IMG/VR virus record: IMGVR_UViG_3300010883_027406
Location: 1 to 64,000 of that record
Strand: one strand, 5' to 3'
DNA from: an uncultured virus (IMG/VR IMGVR_UViG_3300010883_027406)
Taxonomy: Duplodnaviria; Heunggongvirae; Uroviricota; Caudoviricetes
Length of the DNA: 64,000 bases
Position 1 is the stretch's first letter. Each line of letters begins with the position of its first letter. This document shows positions 37,710 to 46,687 of this stretch, in pieces. The notes under the pieces were generated by a model, which had not been told where the DNA came from, did no database searches, and saw only the letters and a list, made by a program, of their open reading frames with translations. The translations under genes were made by a program, and so were the position numbers.

Positions 37710-38860
37710 CAGATGGTAGTGATAAAAAATCTGAAAAAAACAATCCCACGGAAGCTAAAAAAAACAATAAGCCTGCGGGCAAAAGAAGTAATGTAGATTC
37801 TAATAAAAATAGAATTAATATATCTGATTTCAAAAAGATTATCCTTGATAAAACAAAGGATAAATCTAAAGTAGCAATTTTTACCCACGCTAGTCCCGAT
37901 CCTGATGCCATAGGGTCAATGATGGGGATGGTGTGGTTTCTTAAAAAGGAATTTGGTTTAGACTCTGATTGCTTTTATGGCGGCGGGATTTCTCATCCTC
38001 AAAATATGGCAATGTGCAACTTGCTGGACCCAGGGCTTAGATTGTTTGAGGAATATAAAGAAAATGATTATGGCATTAAAGTCCTAGTTGACACAGTTCC
38101 TTCAAATGCGGACGTAGGCGATAGCCAAGTAGAATTTGATATAGTTGTCGATCACCACAAAGAGAACCCAAGCGGAAGTTTTAAAGGTTTATATATAAAC
38201 TTGGCGGCGGGCAGTGCTTGTGGAACTGTTTTTGAGATAATAAAAGAATTTCAAAATTCATTTGATTCAAATAGTGATTATGATACTAGAGTGGCCACTG
38301 CTTTGATGGTGGGCATAATCACTGACACGGAAAACATGATGTCTGATGATACAACGGAATATGAATTTAATGCTTATTGGAAGTTGTTTGAATTTCGTGA
38401 TTCCATATCTCTTAAACAAATTGTTAAATTTAAGAGACCCAAAGCATGGATTGACGCTAAGGCCGCTGCGTCTGCGACTGCAATTGTAGATTCGGATGGG
38501 GTTGCTGTTGTTGGCATGGGGGTTATTCCGACCAAACAAAGAGATCTTATATCTGATATGGCAGACGAAATGGTGCAATGGTCTAGTGTCGAAACAAGCA
38601 TTTCATTTGCGTTAATAGATGGGGATAGAATCGAAGGATCTGTTAGGACTAATAATGCATCTATATCGGTTCCAGAATTATGTAAAATTTTAGGTGGGAA
38701 ATATGGAACTGGTGGGGGGAAGCTGGGTAAGGGAGCTTATAAGTATGATTTGGGCGGGCTGTCTATAGAAGAGGATGACGAGGATAATACTAAAATAAAA
38801 GCTTGGGAGTTCATTAATGAAAAAGAAACAAAAAGAATTTTTAGAAGTATAAAGAAATAG
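37676..38860 (+). CDS. DHH/DHHA1 phosphoesterase (NrnA-like)
   Basis: THASPDPDAIGS, LVD, VDHH, GIITDT, GSVR, GGG. Confidence 0.88.
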   Translation: MAQSKKLSVGLTDGSDKKSEKNNPTEAKKNNKPAGKRSNVDSNKNRINISDFKKIILDKTKDKSKVAIFTHASPDPDAIGSMMGMVWFLKKEFGLDSDCFYGGGISHPQNMAMCNLLDPGLRLFEEYKENDYGIKVLVDTVPSNADVGDSQVEFDIVVDHHKENPSGSFKGLYINLAAGSACGTVFEIIKEFQNSFDSNSDYDTRVATALMVGIITDTENMMSDDTTEYEFNAYWKLFEFRDSISLKQIVKFKRPKAWIDAKAAASATAIVDSDGVAVVGMGVIPTKQRDLISDMADEMVQWSSVETSISFALIDGDRIEGSVRTNNASISVPELCKILGGKYGTGGGKLGKGAYKYDLGGLSIEEDDEDNTKIKAWEFINEKETKRIFRSIKK

Positions 38861-38875
38861 AACTCTATTTTTAAT

Positions 38876-40030
38876 ATGGTTACAAAGACTTTTATTGGTG
38901 TTGAAAATACTTCTAGAGAAATTTTAGAAGAAATAAAGTTTACTATTCATAAGCTTACTAATAGGCCACGTCCTCAAGACATCAATAGGCGGCTTATAAT
39001 TTGCTGTTTTAGCGAGTTTGGATGCGAGACAGTAGGAAGCATGTATTGCGTCCCCAAACTCGCCAGGCAGCACCCTGGGGACTATAAGATCGTTATTGGT
39101 TGGTATGGTAGGAAGTATTTATATCAACATTTAGTTGATGAATTTTGGGAGTTGGATGAAGATCATCAACACTTGCGAGAATATACTAGGGCTTTTCATC
39201 ATGAGTCAAAGAATTTATCTCAATTAGAGTCTAGGTTGGCTCAGTATGGCAAAGTAGTTCCTTCTGATTATTTAGGTAAAATTGTTATAGGTAATATGTG
39301 TAGAGATTGCCGTAATTTTTGGGGAGGGTATGAGGATATTGTTTCTTGTCCTAATTGTGAAAGTCTTAATTTAGATAAATCTTTATTCTCAGACATAAAA
39401 ACCGCTAGGGAGAAGTCAACCTCGATTCCTAGGCCTTCTGTTGAAAAATTGAAAATTGCTGGCGGTATTGTAGGCAAAAATGCCGTTGCGATTACAGGGA
39501 GGGGCAGGAAGACTTACGGTAGAAATCTCCAGCCAGAATTTTATGTAAAATTAATTTCTATGTTGAGGGAGAAGGGATATGATCCCATTTGGATTGGAGA
39601 AAAGCAGAGCACCCAAGAGTGTCCCGTCAAAGATGTCATAGATTTTTCACGAGATGAAAGATCTAGAGATTTAGAGCTTACTCTTGCTATTATAAGTAAA
39701 TGCGAGTTTACGATTCAGTTCTGGACTGCATCTACTCGTTTGGCGGCAATGGTTGGCGTGCCATATGTTTTGGTTGAAAGCCCTGATCAAATAATAGGCA
39801 ACGGGCAGGAGGGGTATAGGATTGCTTTGATAGGAGGGAAAAGAAAAGTTATTTTTTCTCATTATCTTAGTGTTTTTAATAATCATAAAGATTCTATTAA
39901 ATTAATAGAACAAGCTATGAGTGAAATGAATGAAGATAATTGGGATTGTTTAGTTGGTTTAGTAGAAGACAAAGAGCATATCGGCAATTTGTCTAATTCT
40001 AATTTGAGACGAATTGGGTGGATGGAATGA
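38876..40030 (+). CDS. GT9 (heptosyltransferase)-like glycosyltransferase
   Basis: GT-B pattern: HLVDEFW, ...WIGE, DLELTLAIISKC, RLAAMVGVP. Confidence 0.6.
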   Translation: MVTKTFIGVENTSREILEEIKFTIHKLTNRPRPQDINRRLIICCFSEFGCETVGSMYCVPKLARQHPGDYKIVIGWYGRKYLYQHLVDEFWELDEDHQHLREYTRAFHHESKNLSQLESRLAQYGKVVPSDYLGKIVIGNMCRDCRNFWGGYEDIVSCPNCESLNLDKSLFSDIKTAREKSTSIPRPSVEKLKIAGGIVGKNAVAITGRGRKTYGRNLQPEFYVKLISMLREKGYDPIWIGEKQSTQECPVKDVIDFSRDERSRDLELTLAIISKCEFTIQFWTASTRLAAMVGVPYVLVESPDQIIGNGQEGYRIALIGGKRKVIFSHYLSVFNNHKDSIKLIEQAMSEMNEDNWDCLVGLVEDKEHIGNLSNSNLRRIGWME

Positions 40031-41166
40031 TTGATGTTAATTCTCTTGTAAAGAGGGCAGCGGAGAAATCTAATTTTAATAGAGTTAGGTTTCAAGAGGC
40101 CAATATGCCTACCACAGTTTCTAATATTACGGCGATGCCTTTCTTTGGAGATATTAGATCTATTTTTATATTGTCGTCTATGCTTCTTCATCGCTATAAA
40201 GAAGAAAAGAAAAGTTCTAAGTATTTTATTCTTTGTTCTTGGCCAGGGTTTGAAAGTTTATTTCCTTATGTAGATGAATATTGGTCTGTTGAAGGAGGGA
40301 ATGATCTTTCTTTTTATGGGTCTTCTTTAGATTTTTCTAACACCAATAAATTAGCTGTTATGCATCATCGTAATTTGAATATGTATTTTGAAGATGTAGT
40401 TGATCACAAAGAGTTTGACCCATTTTATTCTTCTGGATTAAAACCAGAATTTTTTGACACATTTAAAAATTTTAAAAGATTTCTACCTTTAGTTCCATCG
40501 TCTGGAATGTTGAGCGCATCTTTTAATAAAGAAATGGTTAGTCGCTCTGGATATAAGGTGTTTGTTTATCCGTCTGTTTATATCAAAAGATGGAAAGGCG
40601 GTAGGTCTGTTAGCCATAAGACTAAAAAGTTGTTTTGGGTTGGCTTTATTAAGAAACTGATTGACGCTGGGTATGTTCCTGTCGTGTACAACAGCGTGTG
40701 GACTCATAATGTATCAGATGAATTCACAAACGAATGTATCTTTGTAAAGGATGAGGGCGTAGACAAGATGATGTCCTGCATGAGGGCGGTTGGTTGTGTT
40801 ATAGACCTTTTTAGTGACATTTCAATGATGGCGATTGCTGCTAGAACTCCTTATTTGGCTGTTGATGAAAGAATGAGGTGTAATAATTGTAATACTAAAG
40901 AGATAGAAGGTCTGTGTGCTAATTCGCTTCCTAAGCAGCATATTTATACTTTTGCTACTATAATAGATAGTGACGTTAAGGATATACAAGATAAATCTAT
41001 TTTTGACTTAGTGATAGCCAGGTTGGATTCATTTTTGCCTAGTTTGAATAGAGACTCTTGGCCATCTACGTCGGAAACAATTGAAGTAGTTCCTTACAAA
41101 ACTGTGAGGGCAAAAAAAACAAAACGAATCGGAACAAGGTTCATAAAAATACCTAAGGATTTATAA
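40027..41166 (+). CDS. GT9-like glycosyltransferase paralog
   Basis: PFFGDI, PYVDEYW, MAIAARTP; ATGA overlap with the previous gene. Confidence 0.5.
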   Translation: MIDVNSLVKRAAEKSNFNRVRFQEANMPTTVSNITAMPFFGDIRSIFILSSMLLHRYKEEKKSSKYFILCSWPGFESLFPYVDEYWSVEGGNDLSFYGSSLDFSNTNKLAVMHHRNLNMYFEDVVDHKEFDPFYSSGLKPEFFDTFKNFKRFLPLVPSSGMLSASFNKEMVSRSGYKVFVYPSVYIKRWKGGRSVSHKTKKLFWVGFIKKLIDAGYVPVVYNSVWTHNVSDEFTNECIFVKDEGVDKMMSCMRAVGCVIDLFSDISMMAIAARTPYLAVDERMRCNNCNTKEIEGLCANSLPKQHIYTFATIIDSDVKDIQDKSIFDLVIARLDSFLPSLNRDSWPSTSETIEVVPYKTVRAKKTKRIGTRFIKIPKDL

Positions 41167-41402
41167 TGGCAACGAATGTTAGGGTCACGGCAAGGAAGAA
41201 TCGCAGCGGCAGGAATGAAGATAAAGATCGGACGTTTAAAACTTTACTTTCAGATTTCAAAAGAGCTTGCAATGACGCAAATATATTGCAAGAGTTAAAA
41301 CGAAGACAGTATTTTGAAAGCAAGTCCGATAAAAAAAGAAGAAAAAAACGTGAGGCTATTGCCGAAGCGAGACGACAGGGAAGAAAAGAATATAGAGGTT
41401 AA
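41166..41402 (+). CDS. rpsU: ribosomal protein bS21
   Basis: V.V...F...L..FKR......ILQELKRRQYFESKS.KKRRKKREA. Confidence 0.85.
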   Translation: MATNVRVTARKNRSGRNEDKDRTFKTLLSDFKRACNDANILQELKRRQYFESKSDKKRRKKREAIAEARRQGRKEYRG

Positions 41403-41408
41403 AAACTG

Positions 41409-41663
41409 ATGGCTAAAAATGTGAGTATTGTCAGCCTTTCTCTGAATCCAGAGATGCACCAAAGGCTCAAGCGTTGCGCTAAACAAAAAGGCGATTCTGT
41501 CTCTAAAGTTGTTAGAGACTTAATTGATAAGTATTTGATAAGCGATGACGATGTTATTCCGGTTATTTTAAAAATACCTGTGGAATTTAAAGGTGACAGT
41601 AAAGAGCTTGAGAAGTGGCTTGACATTAAGGTCAATGCTATTTTGCAGGTGTTGGGTAAATGA
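41409..41663 (+). CDS. ribbon-helix-helix (CopG-like) protein
   Basis: SLSLNPEMHQRLK..A...G.SVSKVVRDLI. Confidence 0.75.
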   Translation: MAKNVSIVSLSLNPEMHQRLKRCAKQKGDSVSKVVRDLIDKYLISDDDVIPVILKIPVEFKGDSKELEKWLDIKVNAILQVLGK

Positions 41664-42154
41664 AGTTAGTTGAAATTGATGAGATCCCAACCACATGTGA
41701 TGAAATTCCGCTTGATGATTTGTTAAAAGTTTATGCATCATGTTTAATGATGTTGTCAATCTGCAAAGAAAGCAACGGGGTTGGTCTTTCTGCTTTTCAA
41801 GTTGGAATTCCGTGGAAGTTGTTTGTTGTCAATTATGCTGGACTTGAAGGGTTTTATATTGATTGTGAGTATGAGGCTCTTGAAGATGAAAAAATAAGCT
41901 CTATTGAAGGGTGTCTGTCCCTTCTTAATGAAGATGGTTCTTGTAAGAGATTTAAAGTTGAGCGGGATCGGCGTGTTAGAATAATTGGTAAAAAATTGGT
42001 TTTATCTGATGGATCTGTTGGTTTGGCTGTTCATGATGTTGATATGGACTTGGATGGTGCGATAAGTATAATATTTCAACATGAGATTGACCATCATCAT
42101 GGAATATTAATTAGTGATCATGGTGACGAATATTACATTCATGGGGTGAGCTAA
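41660..42154 (+). CDS. def: peptide deformylase
   Basis: GVGLSAFQVG, EGCLS, QHEIDH. Confidence 0.93.
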   Translation: MKLVEIDEIPTTCDEIPLDDLLKVYASCLMMLSICKESNGVGLSAFQVGIPWKLFVVNYAGLEGFYIDCEYEALEDEKISSIEGCLSLLNEDGSCKRFKVERDRRVRIIGKKLVLSDGSVGLAVHDVDMDLDGAISIIFQHEIDHHHGILISDHGDEYYIHGVS

Positions 42155-42155
42155 T

Positions 42156-42434
42156 ATGCCTTTGTCTAAAGACCAAGTTTCAGATGTGTGCTTATTAGGT
42201 CAAGGAACTCAGCAGTGTAGGTACTTGGCGGAAGATGATGTAGTTAGAAATATGTTTTATTGTTTGAAAAAGTCAAAAGATAAGAAGGACAAGATAGATG
42301 TGGAAGTTTCATCTCTTGTTAAAGATTTGAAAAGAAAAGGCAAAGACATCGACGCCCAGAATATTCCGGTAGGAAATAATTGTAGTGGATATATCATATT
42401 AAAGCATATAGAACAAGGGTACGATGTTAAATGA
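42156..42434 (+). CDS. hypothetical protein, four Cys
   Basis: C...CRYL...C...GNNC.G. Confidence 0.65.
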   Translation: MPLSKDQVSDVCLLGQGTQQCRYLAEDDVVRNMFYCLKKSKDKKDKIDVEVSSLVKDLKRKGKDIDAQNIPVGNNCSGYIILKHIEQGYDVK

Positions 42435-42588
42435 AACTTTATTTAATTTAGTCACATTTAATTTAGCCATGGCTTTTTTAAATGAAATTTTATATAGATT
42501 TTTTCATAATAAGATAAATCTTTGGTGTGTGTATTGTTCTTTGGGAACATCTATTATTTGTTTAATTTATTTATTTATTTTAGGTTGA
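42424..42588 (+). CDS. 54-aa small membrane protein (absent from the ORF track)
   Basis: MLNETLFNLV...IICLIYLFILG, hydrophobic; translated by hand. Confidence 0.35.
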   Translation: MLNETLFNLVTFNLAMAFLNEILYRFFHNKINLWCVYCSLGTSIICLIYLFILG

Positions 42589-42593
42589 ATGAA

Positions 42594-42698
42594 ATGGAAA
42601 AGTTGACTGTTTTGATGTGTGACATCTATTTGCTTGGCGCCATAATCGGCCTCGCAATCCCGGTACTTTTGAGTGTCTTCGGGGAAAAACAAGTTTAG
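42594..42698 (+). CDS. 34-aa single-TM peptide (absent from the ORF track)
   Basis: MEKLTVLMCDIYLLGAIIGLAIPVLLSVFGEKQV; AGGT upstream. Confidence 0.35.
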   Translation: MEKLTVLMCDIYLLGAIIGLAIPVLLSVFGEKQV

Positions 42699-43201
42699 TT
42701 GTCTTTCTTTTGAGCTTTAACCATCAAGTGATATACTTTGGCTTCTACATTGGTATGCCTAGCGGCCAAGAACACTTTGTCTTCAAGTGCGGGATCTTTT
42801 TTTCCGACTATTTCTTGAGCTAGAATTTCGGCAACCTTTTCTGATTTTTTAGCTTTATCTCTATAGTGCCAAAGCAACATGCCTACAATGGAAAGGGAAA
42901 ACACCATTATAAGCGCCCCATCTCCTTGTAGTATTTGAATGCCGGAATTGTTATTAGATGATAATCTGGCATTTAAGTTAACCCATCCTTGTTGCAAGGC
43001 TTCTAATTCGCTATCAGTGATGGTGTTTTCTGCTCTTAAGTTGCCTAATTCGGTTGATATTCCGTTTTGAATGCTTCTTATTTCATCTATTTTTCCATTT
43101 TGATTATCAATATGTTCTTCCTGTCGAGGGGATAGATTGTTGCATCCGCTCACCGCCACTAGTGAAATTACAAATATTAATGATAAAATGATTTTTTGCA
43201 T
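42695..43201 (-). CDS. putative lipoprotein with coiled coil and internal TM helix
   Basis: Signal peptide with VSG-C lipobox; AGGAG RBS. Confidence 0.7.
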   Translation of the reverse strand: MQKIILSLIFVISLVAVSGCNNLSPRQEEHIDNQNGKIDEIRSIQNGISTELGNLRAENTITDSELEALQQGWVNLNARLSSNNNSGIQILQGDGALIMVFSLSIVGMLLWHYRDKAKKSEKVAEILAQEIVGKKDPALEDKVFLAARHTNVEAKVYHLMVKAQKKDN

Positions 43202-43250
43202 GTTTGCTCCTACATTTATGTATTGACTTGAGTCTTAATTTGCATTTTAA

Positions 43251-43278
43251 TTGCAAAATGTTTCAACAGTGATAAAAT
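43251..43278 (+). promoter_or_regulatory. sigma70-like promoter
   Basis: TTGCAA-N16-TAAAAT with extended -10 TG, upstream of the operon containing IDO. Confidence 0.5.
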
Positions 43279-43293
43279 TTAGGAGAAGTTTAA

Positions 43294-43683
43294 ATGGATT
43301 TGCAACCTGCTGTTTACGAAAGTAGTTTTTTAAAAAATAACGCTCTTGATTTTGCTGAAGACATTAGGAATTTGTCTAAAGAGTATATTGCTAATTTCTT
43401 CAAGTATGAAGAAATACATTTGGGTGGTAAAATTCCTAATGAAATTATGCATTCTTCTAATTATATTGATCTTGTAATTAATGCCGATATTACTTCTGGG
43501 GTAGCTGCGATTTATAAGGCATTAGAGAAATATGAATTAGATGAGGAAGAACAAATTAAATTAGTTTTAGGCATTTTGAATAAGTGTGCCAGTCGAGGGG
43601 TGCCTAAATTTTTTGCCGCAGGGGTAACAATTATGTACATGGAGATTTGTAAGGGTGTTGAAGTTTCTGAATTAGTAGAATAA
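43294..43683 (+). CDS. hypothetical protein
   Basis: 129 aa; AGGAG RBS. Confidence 0.65.
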   Translation: MDLQPAVYESSFLKNNALDFAEDIRNLSKEYIANFFKYEEIHLGGKIPNEIMHSSNYIDLVINADITSGVAAIYKALEKYELDEEEQIKLVLGILNKCASRGVPKFFAAGVTIMYMEICKGVEVSELVE

Positions 43684-43684
43684 A

Positions 43685-43993
43685 ATGAGTTCTGATCATA
43701 ATTTATTATTTTTGTCTGGTAGGTTTTTAGAGATCAATTTATCAAAAGACAAAATGTATTTATTTAAATATTTTAAAGCCGATGCGCAAAAGCAGTTTGT
43801 GGTTTATTATTTAGAATTTGGAGAATTGACTCATTTTGTTGATCACACTGGTTATAAGATTACAAAGAGATGGCTGTTTAAATTACAGTCCAAACTTTTG
43901 AAGCTTTTAGAAGTTCATAATAAATTTAAACAAGAAATGGACACAGAAAACTTGGCTTTGTTAAAGATGGGCAAATATGACTTGGGAAATTAA
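43685..43993 (+). CDS. hypothetical protein
   Basis: 102 aa, tightly packed. Confidence 0.65.
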   Translation: MSSDHNLLFLSGRFLEINLSKDKMYLFKYFKADAQKQFVVYYLEFGELTHFVDHTGYKITKRWLFKLQSKLLKLLEVHNKFKQEMDTENLALLKMGKYDLGN

Positions 43994-45068
43994 AAGAGGG
44001 TTTCTTCCTGGCAATGATCCTTTAATTAGTTCCGATGATCTTAAAGATTTGGATGAATTGGGGAAGAACATCCCTGAGTGGATGAGCCAAAGGAGAGTTA
44101 GGGAAGAGTTGGTGCATGGGTTAAGAGAAGCGATTGATCTCAGCCGAGGGTCGTGGCGAAGTGGTGATGAATTAGAACATGCAATGCGACTTTATTCGTA
44201 TTTTGCTAGTTCTTACGTTTTTGCAACTAATGAAGAACCGGCATCCAGAATCCCTAAGGAGATATCAGTTCCTTTGGTCGATCTTGCAGGCGTAGTTGGA
44301 CGAAAGCCAATTCTTTCTTATGCTTCCTATTGTCTTTATAATTGGAAAAAACTTGATCCCAACAAAGATATAGTTGTAGATAATTTAGATTTAATTCAAT
44401 ATTTTACACATGGAGATAATTCAAGTCATGAGGCGTGGTTTATATTAGTTCATGTAGATATTGAGGCTCGTGCGGCTGAAGGCATTGGTGCCATAATAGA
44501 TTATTTTTCTGATCCCACCGAAGTTCTTTCTGATTGTTTATCTAAGTTGAAATTGAGTTTTCAAAAAGTAAACGCAACTATGTTGCGGATGGCAGAGGGG
44601 TGTTCTCCTGATTTTTATTATAATAAGGTTAGACCTTATATTTTCAGTTTTGAGAATGTAGTTTATGAAGATTGCTTTGATAATAAGCCTCAAACATTTC
44701 GTGGAGAAACGGGGGCACAAAGTTCTATTGTTCCGGCTGTAATTGCTGCATTAGGAATTAAACACAAAGAATCTATTTTGACAAAACATCTTGATGTAAT
44801 GAGAGATTATATGCCTCCATTTCATCGTAATTTTATTTTAGAGCAAGAAAACGACAGGAATTTAAGAGATTTTGTAAAAACTGATGAGGAAAAACATCTT
44901 TATAATGATTGCGTACAGGAGGTATTAGATTTTAGGAAGACACATTTAGAGTATGCCATAAATTATATTCATAAAAAAGTTGATAATCCGAAAGGGACGG
45001 GAGGAACTCCTTATATGGAGTGGCTTTCTAAGCTAGTTGATGAGACTGAAAATTTTTTAATTGAATAA
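43977..45068 (+). CDS. indoleamine 2,3-dioxygenase family heme protein
   Basis: RGFLP, P.LSYASY.LYNW, EAWFILVH..IE, FYY.KVRPYI, GETGAQSS, YMPP.H, FR..H, KGTGGT. Confidence 0.9.
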   Translation: MTWEIKRGFLPGNDPLISSDDLKDLDELGKNIPEWMSQRRVREELVHGLREAIDLSRGSWRSGDELEHAMRLYSYFASSYVFATNEEPASRIPKEISVPLVDLAGVVGRKPILSYASYCLYNWKKLDPNKDIVVDNLDLIQYFTHGDNSSHEAWFILVHVDIEARAAEGIGAIIDYFSDPTEVLSDCLSKLKLSFQKVNATMLRMAEGCSPDFYYNKVRPYIFSFENVVYEDCFDNKPQTFRGETGAQSSIVPAVIAALGIKHKESILTKHLDVMRDYMPPFHRNFILEQENDRNLRDFVKTDEEKHLYNDCVQEVLDFRKTHLEYAINYIHKKVDNPKGTGGTPYMEWLSKLVDETENFLIE

Positions 45069-45082
45069 CAATATATATTTTT

Positions 45083-45292
45083 ATGGATATAATTAGTTTT
45101 AAAGATTGGATTTTGGCACAAGAATCCAGTCCTTTCACCAGACGAAGACGTGCAGCGGCTTTGGGATTGGCTCCGCCAATACCAGCGGCGTCGGTGCATA
45201 GTCATGGAACCGCACACCCTTTTGAGGTTGAAATGCTTGTAAAAGCAAATAAAAAGCCAAAGAAGAAGAGGAACAAAAAAAAGAATAAATAA
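45083..45292 (+). CDS. small basic protein with ISFKDWI..QE leader
   Basis: ATATATAT-N4-ATG; Lys-rich tail. Confidence 0.65.
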   Translation: MDIISFKDWILAQESSPFTRRRRAAALGLAPPIPAASVHSHGTAHPFEVEMLVKANKKPKKKRNKKKNK

Positions 45293-45313
45293 GAAGGCTT
45301 TCTCTCTTATTGG

Positions 45314-45673
45314 GTGAAAAATATAAAAGGTAAAAATAGTGTTGTGAGCCGTATAGTATTTTACATACAGTTAGTTTTTATTTCCTTGGTTGCATCATAT
45401 GACTCATATCTTGCCGTCAAGCTTAGAGATACTCTATATAGTGCAGAACTTAACCCGTTAGGTCGGATGCTTATTAGGATGGACAATGGAGATGTTGCTC
45501 TCTTTATGGGGGCAAAGATGTTGGGAACGATTTTTGTCTTGGGTATTCTTCTTTTTTTATATTATTATAAAGAAAGTTGGGCTGGCGCACACAAGGTGAG
45601 AAATTGGGCCTTGCCAGTCACTGCTTTTGTTACGCTAGTTCAAGTAATGGTTTTATGTTTTTTATGTTCTTAA
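45314..45673 (+). CDS. DUF5658-like membrane protein
   Basis: D.YL......ELNPLGR.L.....F..AK; three hydrophobic segments. Confidence 0.65.
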   Translation: MKNIKGKNSVVSRIVFYIQLVFISLVASYDSYLAVKLRDTLYSAELNPLGRMLIRMDNGDVALFMGAKMLGTIFVLGILLFLYYYKESWAGAHKVRNWALPVTAFVTLVQVMVLCFLCS

Positions 45674-45674
45674 A

Positions 45675-46091
45675 ATGAAATTAAGCGGAAATAACAAAAA
45701 CGTAAGAGATGTAAAATCTTCTATAGAAGTTTTTCTTGAGGAAGAAGAAACTCTGGTTGTTGCTGTGGCAGTTAGTGAAAATGAAGACGATAATAAAGTT
45801 TGTCGTATAAAGTGCGATGGGATAGCAATTGGGGGATATGCTTATGATTCATCTTCTGATGTGTGCTATGTGGAAGGTTGCGACCACATATTGTTGGGCT
45901 TAATACCTATTTCATTTACTATGAAAATTAAGGGTGTTTCTAGATACCAAATTTCCATTCCTCTTCCTGAGCCTGTTGTCAAAAGGCATCTTGATGCCGG
46001 TCAAAAGAGATTGCTGAAAAACTTTTCTTCTAGATTTAGTCAAGATAAATATAAAATAGATTTTTTTCAGATGACAGGGGTTAATTCGTGA
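45675..46091 (+). CDS. hypothetical protein
   Basis: 138 aa, tightly packed. Confidence 0.6.
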   Translation: MKLSGNNKNVRDVKSSIEVFLEEEETLVVAVAVSENEDDNKVCRIKCDGIAIGGYAYDSSSDVCYVEGCDHILLGLIPISFTMKIKGVSRYQISIPLPEPVVKRHLDAGQKRLLKNFSSRFSQDKYKIDFFQMTGVNS

Positions 46092-46660
46092 CAAAAAAAA
46101 TTGTTCATCCTAGAAATGTCCCCTCGAAGCATGACTACTATATGGGACAGGCTTTTTGGGCTTCATCTAGATCAAAAGATCCTCGGACTCAATGTGGGGC
46201 GGTAATAGTTAGTGATGAAAATCGTCCTCTGGGTATGGGATATAATGGCCCGCCTAAAAAAATTGATGATTCTAAAATGGATTGGGGACGAAAAAACGAG
46301 ACAAAACATACTGCTTTGGATCGTGCGGGAAAGTACCCATTGATTAAGCACGCAGAAGAGAATGCCATTAAATATTCGTCCGAATGCCTTTCAGGGGCGA
46401 CGTTATATGTTACTGGTCCACCGTGTTCTAATTGTATGTTAAGTATTGTTGACGAGGAAATTTCAAAAGTGATTTATTTTCCTTATTTGTCCTCAGATTC
46501 GGGTTCTATGTTGGCCGATAGTGATGACTGGGAGATATGTCAAGATATTGCTCGGTTGGGGCATGTTGGGATTGTTGCTTTTGAAGGCAATTTAAATTGG
46601 ATGCGGGATCAAATGGAAATGTTCAACAACATGGGCATATTTAAGAGTCTTAAAAATTAG
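46088..46660 (+). CDS. dCMP deaminase
   Basis: RSKDP.TQ.GAVIV, GYNG, HAEENA, PCSNC. Confidence 0.92.
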   Translation: MTKKIVHPRNVPSKHDYYMGQAFWASSRSKDPRTQCGAVIVSDENRPLGMGYNGPPKKIDDSKMDWGRKNETKHTALDRAGKYPLIKHAEENAIKYSSECLSGATLYVTGPPCSNCMLSIVDEEISKVIYFPYLSSDSGSMLADSDDWEICQDIARLGHVGIVAFEGNLNWMRDQMEMFNNMGIFKSLKN

Positions 46661-46687
46661 AAGTTATTCATTGCTATATATAATAGC

